Of a DNA stretch of 64,000 nt, positions 25,888 to 38,480 are shown piece after piece. The stretch covers positions 4,508,900 through 4,572,899 of the forward strand of contig NC_057753.1 of assembly GCF_004010195.1 (NCBI RefSeq). Direction: 5' to 3'. The DNA comes from Chiloscyllium plagiosum (lineage: Eukaryota). How positions within the stretch are numbered: position 1 is the stretch's first letter; each line of letters begins with the position of its first letter. The notes beneath the pieces were generated by a model. The model did not search any database. It was not told the DNA's origin and saw only the letters and a list, made by a program, of their open reading frames with translations. Both the position numbers and the translations under genes were made by a program.

Positions 25888-26355
25888 AAGAGTTTTGAGA
25901 AGATTTTTAGCTCAAGTTGTGGTTCAACTTGCAAGTTTCCTCGCTGAACTGGTAGATTTGTTCTCAGACGTTACGTCACTACTCTCAGTAACAGCATCAG
26001 TGAGCTTCCGTTGAAACGCTGGTGTTCTGTCCAGTTTTCTCTTTATGTGTGTTGGTCTGTTAAGGTGGCTGATATCATTTCCGTTTCTTTTTTCAGAGAT
26101 TGGTAAATGGGGTCCAAATCGATGTGTTCATTCATAGAGTTCCTGTTCGAATGCCAAGCCTCTAGGAATTCCCGTGTATGTCTTTGCTTAGCCTGTCCCA
26201 GTTGAAGAGGTGCCATCTTCATCTGTGTGTAAGGATACTAGTGATAGAAATCAGGGTCAGAACACAACCGAATCTCACTGATGACGCTGCCTAGCATGGT
26301 GACGATCATCTGAGAACAAACCTACCAGCTCAGCGTGCAAAATTACAACCAGGAA
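25888..26355. mobile_element. PLE family B, inverted pair of termini
   Basis: GAGTTTTGAGAAGATTT... (-) facing CTCACTGATGACGCTGCCTAGCATGGTGACGATCATCTGAGAAC (+); two degenerate hammerheads. Confidence 0.75.
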
Positions 26356-27835
26356 AATCATATTCTATGACGTCCAGATGGCTGACCACTGTTACAATCA
26401 CTGCAGGTCGGATCCAGGATATATGAGTGAGGAATTCTTGCCAGGATGTCCTGCAGCTGAGACTTTTGACTTCCAGCCACTTCACCCCTCTTCCTTTGTG
26501 CCAGTGTAAGGTATGACTGCAACCAGCTTTCCACTGACATTAGAAAATGGTGGTGAATTCCCTCCTTGAACTGCTGCAAACTCTTTCTTGATAAAACCAT
26601 ACTTGGTCAAACTCTGTCATCATGTCAAGAGCAGTCCACATTACCTCACCTCTGGGATTCACCTCCTTTGTGCATGTCTGAATCTAAGCTGTAATAGATC
26701 TAGAGTTCAGTGACCCTGTCAGTGAGTAGTTGCTGAGAACATCACTTCAGAGATGACTGACATTTAGCCAATATGGCAGTAATTGGCTGGATTAGATTTT
26801 CATCGTATTTTTATATAAATGACAACCCTGGGCAATTTTTCACATTGTCAGATAGACGTCGGTGCTGTCGCTGTACTGACATCAGTTTGGTCAGGACCAC
26901 AGTTAGCTCTGAAAAGCACAAGTCTTCAGCACTACTTTCAGTATGCTATCAGGCACCATGGCATTTGTCGTAAGCAATGCCCAGATATGTGGGCTGAAAC
27001 GTGTCATACTCCATTTACACAGTCAGAAACTTGGCAGAAAAAGTCCAGTGTAGATTCATAGAAACATCCATATAGAAGAGGCCCTTCACTCCATCAAGTC
27101 TGTAATAAACCATCGACATCAATACCACTTCCCAGCATCGACTCATAGCCTTAAATGTTATGACATTTTAAGTTCTTTTTTTTTACTTTTTCTTGTCTTT
27201 TCTATCACCAGGCAGTTTGTATGTTGAATGGTGCGCTCAGAATTTGAACAGTTGTAATGACCATCATCTCACTGTGGAGGTAGGTTGAGGCTGAAAGCTC
27301 CAAATGCAAATCCAGCAGAAGACTATATGTACTGGTAGTGTAGGAGAATCATGGCTGTAGTCACAACAGAGAATAGCTTGGACAACTGTCGAAGGGAATG
27401 ACTGATTAAGGCAATTTGACCACCCAGTTTGTCTATCTTTAAAATTACCAAGCAACTGAATTGTGCAAATCCATTTACAGATACACATTATTAAACTGTT
27501 TGCAATTTGCATGCCATAGGATTCAGTCTAATAAAAGTATTGCTTAAAACGTAAGTGTACACGAATTGAGTGAAATGCAAAATAGATCGCTAAACCGTGT
27601 GTTCACGACATAACACTCGGTAATATTTTTGATTAAACGATCAATTGCTAATCTCTTGCGTACAGCTACACCAGTTCAACAAATTAATAAATCAATCAAC
27701 AAAATTACATTGGAAATACCCTTTAACAGGCTCCTAGAAAGAGTTTTGTTCTAATTGCTGTTAAGAAGCCCCTTGAAATGTGGCAATAGCCTGACTACTC
27801 AAAGCCTGCTCACAATCTACAAGAAACATATCAGG

Positions 27836-28384
27836 AGTTGCTGTGGTTCTGTTCGCCGAGCTGGAAGTTTTTGTTGCGAACGTTTCGTCCCCTGGCAAGG
27901 CGACATCATCAGTGCTTGGGAGCCTCCTGCGAAGCACTTCTTTGATGTTTCCTCCGGTGTTTATAGTGGTCTGTCCCTGCCGCTTCCGGTTGTCAGTTTC
28001 AGCTGTCCGCTGTAGTGGTTGGTATATTGGGTCCAGGTCGATGTGTTTGTTGATGGAGTTTGTGGATGAATGCCATGCCTCTAGGAATTCCCTGGCTGTC
28101 CTCTGTCTGGCTTGCCCTATGATAGTAGTGTTGTCCCAGTCGAATTCATGTTGCTTGTTGTCTGCGTGTGTGGCTACTAAGGATAGCTGGTCGTGTCGTT
28201 TCGTGGCTAGTTGATCTTCATGTATGCGGATTGTTAGCTGTCTTCCTGTTTGTCCTGTATAGTGTTTTGTGCAGTCCTTGCATGGTATTTTGTACACTAC
28301 ATTCGTCTTGCTCATTTTGCGTATCGGGTCCTTCGTTCTGGAGAGTTGTTGTCTGAGCGTGGCTGTTGGTTTGTGTGCCATTAT
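27836..28384 (-). mobile_element. PLE GIY-YIG endonuclease fragment with hammerhead, inserted in an older LINE
   Basis: Open 206-aa frame: NVVYKIPCKDCTKHYTGQTGRQL...REFLEAWHS. Confidence 0.9.
27875..27916 (-). ncRNA. Minimal type-I hammerhead ribozyme motif
   Basis: AGCA-CUGAUGA-U-GUCGCC(UUGCCA)GGGGAC-GAAA-CG-UU-CGCA; one mismatch each in helices I and II. Confidence 0.6.
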
Positions 28385-28924
28385 GAGTCACACATATCAG
28401 GAGTGTGATGGATATTCCCCACTTGTTTGGATGAGTCCAGCTCCAACAACACTCAAGAAGCTTGACAGCATCCAGGACAGAGAAGTTTAATTTATTGGCC
28501 CCACTTCCACAAATACCCGCTCCTTCCACCACCAACAGTCAGTAGCAGTAATGTATGCTATCTAAAAGATGTTTTGCAGAAATTCATCAAAGACCCTTAG
28601 ACAGCAAATTCAAGACCATTATCATCTAGGTGGACAAGGGCAGCAGATAACAAACATCACCAACTGCAAGGTCCTCCTAAAGCTACTCACCATCCCAACT
28701 TGGAAACAAATTTGTTGTTCTGTCAGTGTCGCTAGGTGAAATCCTCCAATTCCTTCCCTAATGACATCATGGGCCAACCTAAAGAACACAGAGGGCAGAA
28801 GTTCAAAAAGATAGCGCACCTCTATCTTCTCAAGAGAAATTAGGGATGGGCATTACATGTTGGTCCAATCAATGATGTGCAAATCCTTTGAATGAATGAA
28901 AAGAGGGAGATTTGGGAATTATGA

Positions 28925-30180
28925 TTACTTGGAAAACCACAGTTTAATTGGAGAGAGTCAGCATGGCTTTGTGATGGGCTGGGTCATGCCTCACAAACCT
29001 TATTGAATTCATCGAGGCTGTGACAAAACACATTGTTGAAAGTAGAGCAGTGGATATGGTGTACATGGATTTTAAAAAGGCGTTTGATAAGGTTCCCCAT
29101 GGTAGGCTCATTCAGAAAGTAAGGAGGCATGGGATACAGGGAAACCTCTCTGTCTGGATCCAAAACTGGCTGGCCCATCGAAGACAGAGGATGGTGGTAA
29201 ATGAAAAGAATTCAGCATGGAGCTCGGTAACAAGTGATGTGCCGCAGGGATCGGTTCTGGGACTTCTGCTCTTTGTGATGAGGAAGTTGAAGGGTGGGTT
29301 TGTACTTTTCCCAATCACACGAAGGTTGATGGAGTGGTGGATAGTGTGGAAGGTTGTTGTAGATTGCAATGTAACATTGACAGGATACAGAACTGGGCTG
29401 ATAAATGGCAGACGGACTTCACCCTGGAAAAAAGTGGTGTGATTCACTTTGGATGGTTGAAATTGATTGCGGAATACAGCGTTAAAGGTAGGATTCTTGG
29501 CAGTGTAAAGGAACAGAGGGATCTTGGGATCCATGTCGGTAGGTCCTTCAAAGTTGCCAGCCAAGTTGATAGGGTTGATAGGAAGGTGTATTGTGTGTTT
29601 GCTTTCATTAATAGGGGGATTGAGTTTAAAAGCCCCGGTTAGACAACACTTGGAATATTGTTTTCAGTTCTGGTCGCCTCATTATAGGAAAGATGTGGAA
29701 GCTTTAAAGAGGGTGCAGAGGAAATTTACCAGGATGGTGCCTGGACTGGATGGCGTGTCCTATGAAGAAAGATTGATGGAGGTAGGTCTTTTCTCATTGG
29801 AGTGAAGAGGGATGAGAGGTGACTTGATGGAGGTGTACAAGATGTTAAGTGAAATAGGTAGAGAGGATAACCAGAAACTTTTTTCCCAGGGTGGAAATGT
29901 GTATGACGAGGGGTGAATAATTGTAAAGTGATTGAAGGAATGTATAGGGAAGATGTCAGAGGTAGGTTATTTACCCAGAGAGCAGTGGGTGCTTGGAATG
30001 CACTGCCAGCAGTGGTAGTAGAGTCAGATGCATTAGGAATATTTAAGTGACTTTTGGATAGACACTGGAAGGTGTACAATGAAGGATATGTAGGTTAGTC
30101 TGATCTTAGGGTAGGATAAATGGTCAGCACAACATCAAGGGCCAAAGGGCCTGTACAATGCTGGCCTGTTCTCTGTTCCA
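28925..30180 (+). mobile_element. CR1 LINE 3' portion
   Basis: [14 protein letters not shown]...[13 protein letters not shown]...RVQRKFTRM. Confidence 0.9.
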
Positions 30181-30286
30181 AATGTGTTAGTGCTTTTACA
30201 CGTTCTAAGGGGTCTCAGTTTAACATTACCTTCTAGAACTAGTGGGCACTCTGATTTCAAAAATTAAACATTTATTTGTCAATGGC

Positions 30287-30964
30287 ATGTTTTAATCTCT
30301 ACCATCTGAATGTAACACTAACTCAATGTTTGATTTCAGTAATGTATTAATTATTAATTACCCTCGAGGAGTTAACTGAGTGGAATTCCGTTAAATAACA
30401 GGGTATTGGTGACAATTTGAAACGATGAAATGTGATAATTTGGACTACTGGATAGACAACGTCTCCTGGCAGCAATTGAACTTAAAGGAAGCAGTGGGAT
30501 ATTAAAATCGCCAATTTGTTTTCAATTATTAGTAATGATGTAATCTCCTCATTGCGATCCATATGTTAGTAGATTTCCACATTTGTCGCTCTTGACATTT
30601 TTCCTTCCCATTTTGATCGAGCCCTGTTATTCTCCTTCTTCTCCTCAAGATTGTGTGATATCACTTTGCTCTTTTTTTCACTGTCCAAGCCTAATCTAAA
30701 ACAATTTACAATACAAAAGTTGATTTCAATAAATTTGCTCCCTATGGATCGCAACTGTAAGTGTCACTGATGATAATATTAACTTTCACTCGTATGAAGT
30801 TTCTGAATTAACCAAATTTATGGAATGTTTTAATCTCTACCATCTGAATGTAACACTAACTCAATGTTTGATTTCAGTAATGTATTAATTATTAATTACC
30901 CTCGAGGAGTTAACTGAGTGGAATTCCGTTAAATAACAGGGTATTGGTGACAATTTGAAACGAT
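30287..30964 (+). repeat. 140-bp direct repeat (30287-30426 and 30825-30964)
   Basis: Direct comparison, no mismatch seen; offset 538 bp. Confidence 0.9.
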
Positions 30965-31077
30965 AAAATTCTGTTGTATCACTTCAGGTGTCACAATTGC
31001 AATTTTATAAAGGTGCAATAAAAGTAATATGCTTCCTTGGAATTTATTCACTCTTTCTTCCTCTGTCTACCTTCCAG

Positions 31078-31979
31078 CTAGTTTACTGGCGATTATGATC
31101 CTGACCCGAGGAAGATGTGGTCTCTCCCGATGCATCACATGGTATCTGGTCTCCATGGCGGTGACGGATCTCCTGGTCATCATCACTGCTGTGCTGCTAA
31201 ACCGTATTCCCGGTGTTTATTTCCCAACTAGTTTCCTGTCAATAACTCCTGTATGCAGCCTCATGATTTCTTTAATCTATGCATCCAGGGACTGCTCTGT
31301 CTGGTTAACAGTTGTTTTTACTGTCGATCGATTTGTGGTTATTTGTTGTCCGAAGCTGAAAGGAAAATATTGCACTGAGAAAATGGCAATCACAATAATA
31401 GCAACTGTTTGCACAGCAGGATGTTTAAAGAGTGTTCCCTGGTACTTTCTGCATGAACCCATTTACATTATGAACAATATCCCGTGGCATTGCAAAATGA
31501 AGGAAATATTTTACACTTCACCAGTATGGGGTGCTTTCGTATGGATTGACTGCATTGTAACCCCATGTCTGCCATTCTTTCTGATCCTTGTTCTTAATGC
31601 CCTGACCGTCAGGTTTATTGTTGCAGCCAACAGAAATCGCAGGAGACTCCGAGCCCAGAACCTCAGAGAGAATCAGAATGACACAGAACTGGAGAACAGG
31701 CAGAGGTCCATCATTTTGCTCTTTGCTGTCTCTGGCAGTTTCATCCTGTTGTGGATGACGTATGTGGTATACTACTTCCACAGACTGCTTTTGCCCCATT
31801 ATCTTATCAATGGCTTCAATGATCCACAATTCATCTTACAAGAAAGTGCAAACATGCTCCAACTGTTGAGTTGCTGCACCAACACATTCATCTACGTGGT
31901 AACTCAGAGAAAGTTCAGACAAGAGTTAAAGATCCTAGTAGAATATCCATTGAATCTACTGGCTAAATTATATAGATAG
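31078..31979 (+). CDS. GPR139-like: GPR139-like class A GPCR, coding exon 2 (323 aa with exon 1)
   Basis: Polypyrimidine acceptor CTTCCAG|; LVSMAVTDLL (TM2 Asp), PVC, FTVDRF, ECL2 Cys, FILLW, CCTNTFIY, stop TAG. The ORF-track start at 31029 is intronic. Confidence 0.9.
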
Positions 31980-32071
31980 TGAATGTATAAATTAGTGTGT
32001 TTACTCTGCATCAAGACAAACACCGAGGGATTATCTCAGAGAAAGGCAACTTTGGTATTTGTGAGATGTAA

Positions 32072-32077
32072 ATTAAA
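32072..32077 (+). terminator. Candidate poly(A) signal ATTAAA of the GPCR
   Basis: ~90 nt after the stop, followed by T-rich sequence. Confidence 0.35.
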
Positions 32078-32729
32078 TAATATTTTTCATTTGTCTTGGC
32101 AGCTGTTGGGAAGAATAATTTCTGCTGGCTTGTTGGCAAAGATCGAGCTATTGTTTCCATAGAACGGGAAAGTGGAAATCCACTAACATATGGATCAAAA
32201 TGAGGAGATTACATCATTACTAATAATTGAAAACAAATTGGCGATATTAGTGTTATCTAGTCCAGATGTACTCCCATGCCATTTGCTGGGTCTCTGCATC
32301 TTCAGAATAAGTAGGAATGATCAGTTATTTGAATCTTCTCATATCACTGCAATGACCCCAGTTGGGGGGAATTCTGCACAAGGTAAATCCCAGAATCAAA
32401 CTGGGCTTCACAAGCTTCGTGATTCATTTTCTGCAATTGGTTAACATGAGGACACATCACACCATATTCATGAGTCCAGAGAAGGTCTTTGCAAAGACCT
32501 TCGATGTATTACACAGAAGAAGAAATAACGGACACAGGAGTTGAATATAGATGTTAATTCGAAACATAGTAACATCAACATCTAAATAAACATTCAACCA
32601 GTTTCCCATAATTACTCACCACAGATATTCACTCCCATTGAACTATCTTCCCATTTCAAATTTTCTTTCCTTTTAACTACTGAAAGCTTTTTTGAATTAT
32701 TTCTTTGAGCGTATTGCCATGAAAAACAT

Positions 32730-34215
32730 TGAAATATAAAAACTAGATGCACAGGCAGACCATTTGGTGCTTCAAGTTTGCTCTGTGATTCTGATGACCA
32801 TGGCTTGAGTGAATGTAGCCCAATCCAATCCCATCCCTTTTCATTCGTCATTCCTGCCATCCCAAGAATCAACCCAGTTAACATTTATGGCACTCATTCC
32901 ATAGTTCATAACAACGGAAGACATAGGAGCACAAATAACACCATTCAGCCCACCGAGTCTGCTCCATTATTCAATCGTGGATGACAAGTTTCTCAACCCC
33001 AATGTCCTGCTTTCTCCCCATAACCCTTGATCCCCTTTACAATCAAGAACCTACCTATCTCCGTCTTAAATATTCTCAATGACCTGGCCTCCCCAACCTT
33101 CTGTGGCAGTGAATTCCATGGAGTCACCACTCTCTGGCTGAAATGTTTTCCTCTTATCTCTGTTCGAAAAGGTCTTCCCTTTACTCTGAGGCTGTGCCCT
33201 CAGGTGATAGTCTCTCCAACCAATAGAAACATCTTCCCAATATCCACTCTGTCCAGGACATTCATTATTTGGTAAGCTTCAATTAAATCTACTCTCATCC
33301 TTCTAAACTCCATCGAATATAGACTCAGAATCCTCCAACTTTCCTCATATGTTAAGCTTTTCATTTCTGGACCTTCTTGTGAATCTCCTTTGAACACACT
33401 CCAAGACCAGTACATCCTTCCTGAGATATGGGGCCCAAACCTCCACACAATACTCCAAATGTGGCCTGACCAGTGCCTTATAGAGCCTCAGAAATACATC
33501 TCTGCTTTTATATTCATGCCACTCGAAATAAGATTAGATTACATTACAGTGTGGAAACAGGCCCTTCGGCCCAACAAATCCACACCAACCCGCCGAAGCA
33601 CAACCCACCCATACCCCTACATTTATCCCTTACCTAACACTACGGGCAATTTAGCATGGCCAATTCACCTGACCTGCACATCTTTGGGCTGTGGGAGGAA
33701 ACTGGAGCACCCGGAGGAAACCCACACAGATACGGGGAGAAGGTGCAAGCTCCACACAGTCAGTCGCCTGAGGCGGGAATTGAACCCGGGTCTCTGGCGC
33801 TGTGAGGCAGCAGTGCTAACCACTGTGCCACCGTGCCACGCATAAACTGTCATCATTGCATTTACATTCCAAATTACTAACTCAACCTACAAGTTTACGT
33901 TGAGAGAACCCGGGACTAGAACTCCCAAGTCTCTTTGCACTTCAGATTTCTGAATTTTCTCCAAATTAGTCCAAATGTCTATTCGACATAGCAAGGTGCA
34001 TGACCTCACATTTTCCCATGTTGTACTCCATCTGCCACTTCTGAAACGACTCTCCTAACCTGTCCAACGCCTTGTGCAGCTTTCCCCCTCGTCAATGCTC
34101 CCAGTCCCTCTGCCTATCTTTGTACCATCTGCAAACTTAGCCAAAATGCCCTCAGTTCCTTCATCGAGATCGTTAATGTATCAGGTGAAAAGTTGTAGTC
34201 CCAACACTGAGCCTT
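32730..34215 (-). mobile_element. CR1/HER1 LINE 3' portion
   Basis: YSMEFRRMRVDLIEAYQI; KFADGTK region ~34130. Confidence 0.85.
33530..33840 (-). mobile_element. HE1-type SINE
   Basis: Near-identical to 3969-4281. Confidence 0.9.
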
Positions 34216-36780
34216 TCCCTGGAGCAGAGGAAGCTGAAAGGTGACCTTTCAGAGGTTTATTAAATCATGAGGAGCACATATAAGATGTACAGCCAATGTC
34301 TTTTCTCCAGAGTCCAAATCTAGAGGGCACAGGTTTAAGGCGAGAGGGGCAAGAGTAAAACAGTGCTGAAGGGCAACAGTTTCACACAGTTCATCCATGG
34401 AATGAACTACCAGAGGAAGTGGCCGAGGTGAGTACAATGATAATGCAAAAGACTGTTGGACATGTATATGGACAGGGAATGTTAACAGGAATACGGGCCA
34501 AATACAGGGATTAGGTCATTTCAGGAAAACTGCTTGGCATGGTGAGTTGGACTGAAGGGTCTTTTTCCATGCTGTACTATCTCTAGTTCCAATCAGATGA
34601 CTAGCTCTCCGAATTACCTAACTTGATTGCCCTGCTCGGTGAAGATGCTTTGCATTGAAATGAACTCTGAAATCTTCTGAACTGAATACAAAACTACATT
34701 CTTTAAGGAATCGACATAAGACAACATTGCCTTAAGATGATTTACTCTGATTATTAAAAATATATCAGAGTCCAAAGGATTCAGCTATGACAACTATAAA
34801 GGAATAAAATAAAATAAAACAATAATCTGTAAAGTACTTGACTGCAATCACATGCTTTCTTGAAACTGACATGTTTAGGCCTCAGTTTCAGACCATATAT
34901 ATAAAAAAAAGTTTGTTGCAAAAAGATTTGACTCACAGAACTAAATGAAATCCATCTGTTTGCATCTATGAATAAAGACGGAATTCCAAATGTGTTATAA
35001 TACAATATACATGTTTCATCACGTCACTCACACCAAAGTTTAAAAGCTGTCTCATAAACATCTTAAGGAAGCTCAAGGGAGCTGGTGTTTTTCTTATTGA
35101 AGTGAAGAAGGACGAGCAGTGATTTGTTAGAGGTGTACGAGATGACGAGAGGCATATATAGAGTGGATAGAGAGAGAGAGAGAGAGACAGAGACATTTTC
35201 CCAGGGTGCAAAATAGCGATCACGAGGGAAGCATAATTTTAAGACAATTGAAGGAAGATTTAGAGATTTCAGATGTTGGTTCGTTACACAGAGAGTGGTG
35301 GGTGCTTGGAATGCACTCCCAGCGGTGGTAATAGAGTCAGGGACATTTCAGCGACTCTTGGATAAGCAAACGCATGTTGGTGAAACGTAAGGTATTTAAG
35401 TTCGTTTCATCTTAGACTAGGATAAAAGGTCAGAGACCCAAAGGGACTGTGCTGTGCTGTATTGTTCTATGTTTTCTGTTTTCAAATAATATAGAGATTT
35501 GATTGCACCTAAATTGGAAGGGGAATAATATACTGGCAGGGAGATTTGCAAGAGCTGCTAGGGAGGATTTAAACTAGTAAGGTGGGGGGAGGGGGGAACC
35601 CAGGGAGATAGTGAGGAAAGAGATCAATCTGAGACTGGTACGGTTGAGAACAGTAGCGAGTCAAACAGTCAGGGCAGGCAGGACAAGGTAGGACTAATAA
35701 ATTAAACTGCATTTATTTCAGAGCAAGGGGCTGAACAGGGAAGGCAGATGATCTCAGGGCATGGTTAGGAACATGGGACTGGGATATCATTGCAATTACA
35801 AAAACATGGGACTGGGATGGGCAGGACTGGCAGCTGAATGTTCCAGGATATAAATGTTACAGTAAGGATAGAAAGGGAAGCAAGAGAGGAGGGGGAGTGG
35901 CGTTTTTGATAAGGGATAGCATTACGGCTGTGCTGAGGGAGCATGTTTCCAGAAATACATCCAGGGAACTGAGAAATAAGAAAGGGATGATCACTTTATT
36001 GGGATTGAATTGTAGACTCGCTAATAGTCAGAGGGAAATTGAAAAACAAACTTGTAAGGAGATCTCAGTTATCTGTAAGAATAACAGGGTGGTTATGGTA
36101 GAGAATTTTAACTTTCCAAACACAGACTGGGACTGCCATAGTGTTAAAGGTTTAGATGGAGAGGAATTTGTTCAGTGCGTACAAGACAATTTTCATATTC
36201 AGTATGTGGATGTACTTACTGGAGAAGGTGCAAAACTTGACCTACTCTTGGGAAATAAGGCAGGGCAGATGACTGAGGTGTCAGTGGGGAGCTCTTTGGG
36301 GCCAACAACGATAATTCTATTAATTTCAAAATAGTGATAGAAAAGGATCAGTTCTAAATTGGAGAAAGGCCAATTTTGACTATATTAGGCAAGAGCTAGT
36401 TGGGGGCAGATGTTCACAGATAAATTACGTCTGGAAAATGGGAAGCCTTCAGAAATGAGATAACGAGAATCCAGAGCAAGTATATTCCTGTCAGGGTGGC
36501 AGGAAAGGTTGGTAGGTATAGGGACTGCTGGATGACTAAAGAAAGTGAAGGTTTGGTTAAGAAAAAGAAGAAAGCATATGTAAGGTACAGACAGGATAGA
36601 TCGAGTGAATCCTGAGAAGAGTATAAAGGCAGTAGGAGTATACTTAAGAGGGAAATCATGAGGACAAAAAGGGGACATGAGATAGCTTTGACAAATAGAG
36701 GTAAGGAGAATCCAAAGGGTTTTTACAAATATATTAAAGACAAAAGGGTAACTAGGGAGAGAATAGAGCCCCTCAAAGAT
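34216..36780 (+). mobile_element. CR1 fragments: two 3' ends, then ORF1 end / ORF2 endonuclease (35495-36780)
   Basis: NFNFPNTDW...QYVD...LDLLLGN (35897-36334); (GA)n microsatellite ~35170. Confidence 0.8.
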
Positions 36781-37028
36781 CAGAGCTGAAAATGTGTTGC
36801 TGGAAAAGCGCAGCAGGTCAGGCAGCATCCAAGGAGCAGGAGAATCGACGTTTCGGGCATGAGCCCTTCTTCAGGAATCTGCAGTCCTCACTTTCTCCTC
36901 GAAGATTTTAACCTACTGTGAATCCTCTTGCAAGGATGCCTTCCTTGAAGAAGCTCTCTTCCTCCCTCTACACCTTGGATGCTGGCTGACCTGCTGCGCT
37001 TTACCAGCAACACATTTTCAGCTCTGAT
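36778..37028. mobile_element. Fold-back PLE family-A insertion ending at the gap
   Basis: ATCAGAGCTGAAAATGTGTTGCTGG...CATCCAAGG arm, with its reverse complement at ~36973-37028. Confidence 0.85.
36841..36880 (-). ncRNA. Best-preserved minimal type-I hammerhead ribozyme
   Basis: AGAUUC-CUGAAGA-A-GGGC(UCAU)GCCC-GAAA-CG-UC^GAUUCU; helix I 5 of 6 pairs, helix II 4 bp. Confidence 0.75.
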
Positions 37029-37528
37029 NNNNNNNNNNNNNNNNNNNNNNNNNNNNNNNNNNNNNNNNNNNNNNNNNNNNNNNNNNNNNNNNNNNNNNNN
37101 NNNNNNNNNNNNNNNNNNNNNNNNNNNNNNNNNNNNNNNNNNNNNNNNNNNNNNNNNNNNNNNNNNNNNNNNNNNNNNNNNNNNNNNNNNNNNNNNNNNN
37201 NNNNNNNNNNNNNNNNNNNNNNNNNNNNNNNNNNNNNNNNNNNNNNNNNNNNNNNNNNNNNNNNNNNNNNNNNNNNNNNNNNNNNNNNNNNNNNNNNNNN
37301 NNNNNNNNNNNNNNNNNNNNNNNNNNNNNNNNNNNNNNNNNNNNNNNNNNNNNNNNNNNNNNNNNNNNNNNNNNNNNNNNNNNNNNNNNNNNNNNNNNNN
37401 NNNNNNNNNNNNNNNNNNNNNNNNNNNNNNNNNNNNNNNNNNNNNNNNNNNNNNNNNNNNNNNNNNNNNNNNNNNNNNNNNNNNNNNNNNNNNNNNNNNN
37501 NNNNNNNNNNNNNNNNNNNNNNNNNNNN
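37029..37528. other. Assembly gap (500 N)
   Basis: Exactly 500 N, a fixed-size scaffolding gap. Confidence 1.
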
Positions 37529-37679
37529 CTTATCTAGCATTAACTTCAGTGTTTTGAAAGACTAATATGCAGATGTCGAAACTCTTCATTCAAAGGAGTA
37601 ATAACTGATCTTTTATTCCAAACCTACATTAGCCTTGAGCCCCTTATTGCAAAGCCCTGCTACCTGTGGTGTTCTACAG

Positions 37680-38480
37680 AGATCAGTGGCTAGGTCTGTT
37701 AGTGATTTGTAAAAATCTCATTGTCTGAGAATGCAGAAGGTATGGCTAGTGAGCTTCTAAATGACTCCAAACTAGTGGTGGAGTAGACAGGAAGGAAGAT
37801 AGAAGATCTTGCCCAATTACTCAATGGGATGAGATGTGGCAGATAGTGTTTACTTTGCATCATGAGGTATTGCATTCTTTGGTACAAACCAGGGTGGGAC
37901 CTTCCTTAATTTAAAGGGGGGCCATGGACTGTTGGAGAACAGATACCTAGGGGTTGTAATTTGTCTCCTTTTTCCCCATGGAGATGGGGTGGTTGAGCAT
38001 GTTTGCCTCTGCTCACTCTTGAGTATGAGTTCAGTCACATTGAGGTTATATGGGAGGTTAGTGATTCCTCTTTGGGAATACAGTGCAGTCCTTGGTCATC
38101 TTTTTATAGGAAGTCTATTATGTTGGAGAGGGTTCAGAAGATTTACTAGGATGTTTGAGTAGAAGACCTGTGTTAGAGGTTGGATAGGTTGGAACTTGCT
38201 TGACTAGCATGTAGGAGGTTGAGGGGTGACCTTTTATGAAGTCAAGGATAATGAATGGCAGATGTCTTTTTTCTAGTGGGTGACTTTAAGGCGAGCGCGG
38301 GCAGTTTTAAGGTGAGAGATTTTTAAAGACAGGCAATTTTTCTTTGCTTGTGTGAAATTTCATTTCAGGAAGTGGTGGATGTAGGTGTTATGTTTGAAAC
38401 AGTTGGTGGGGGGGGGAGAAATACATGAGGTTTGGATAACTATGGGGCCATGCACTGGCATGTAAGGTTCTGCCTTGAAT
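37680..38480 (+). mobile_element. Highly decayed CR1 3' portion
   Basis: TTGGAGAGGGTTCAGAAGATTTACTAGGATG and GAGGTTGAGGGGTGACC motifs. Confidence 0.65.

Noticed and set aside
31029..31077. ATG at 31029 as start of a single-exon GPCR
   Set aside because: The first 16 codons translate a polypyrimidine tract ending in CAG; a phase-compatible upstream exon supplies a better TM1.
36979..37557. Long ORFs of 192 and 179 aa
   Set aside because: Artefacts of translating the N gap.
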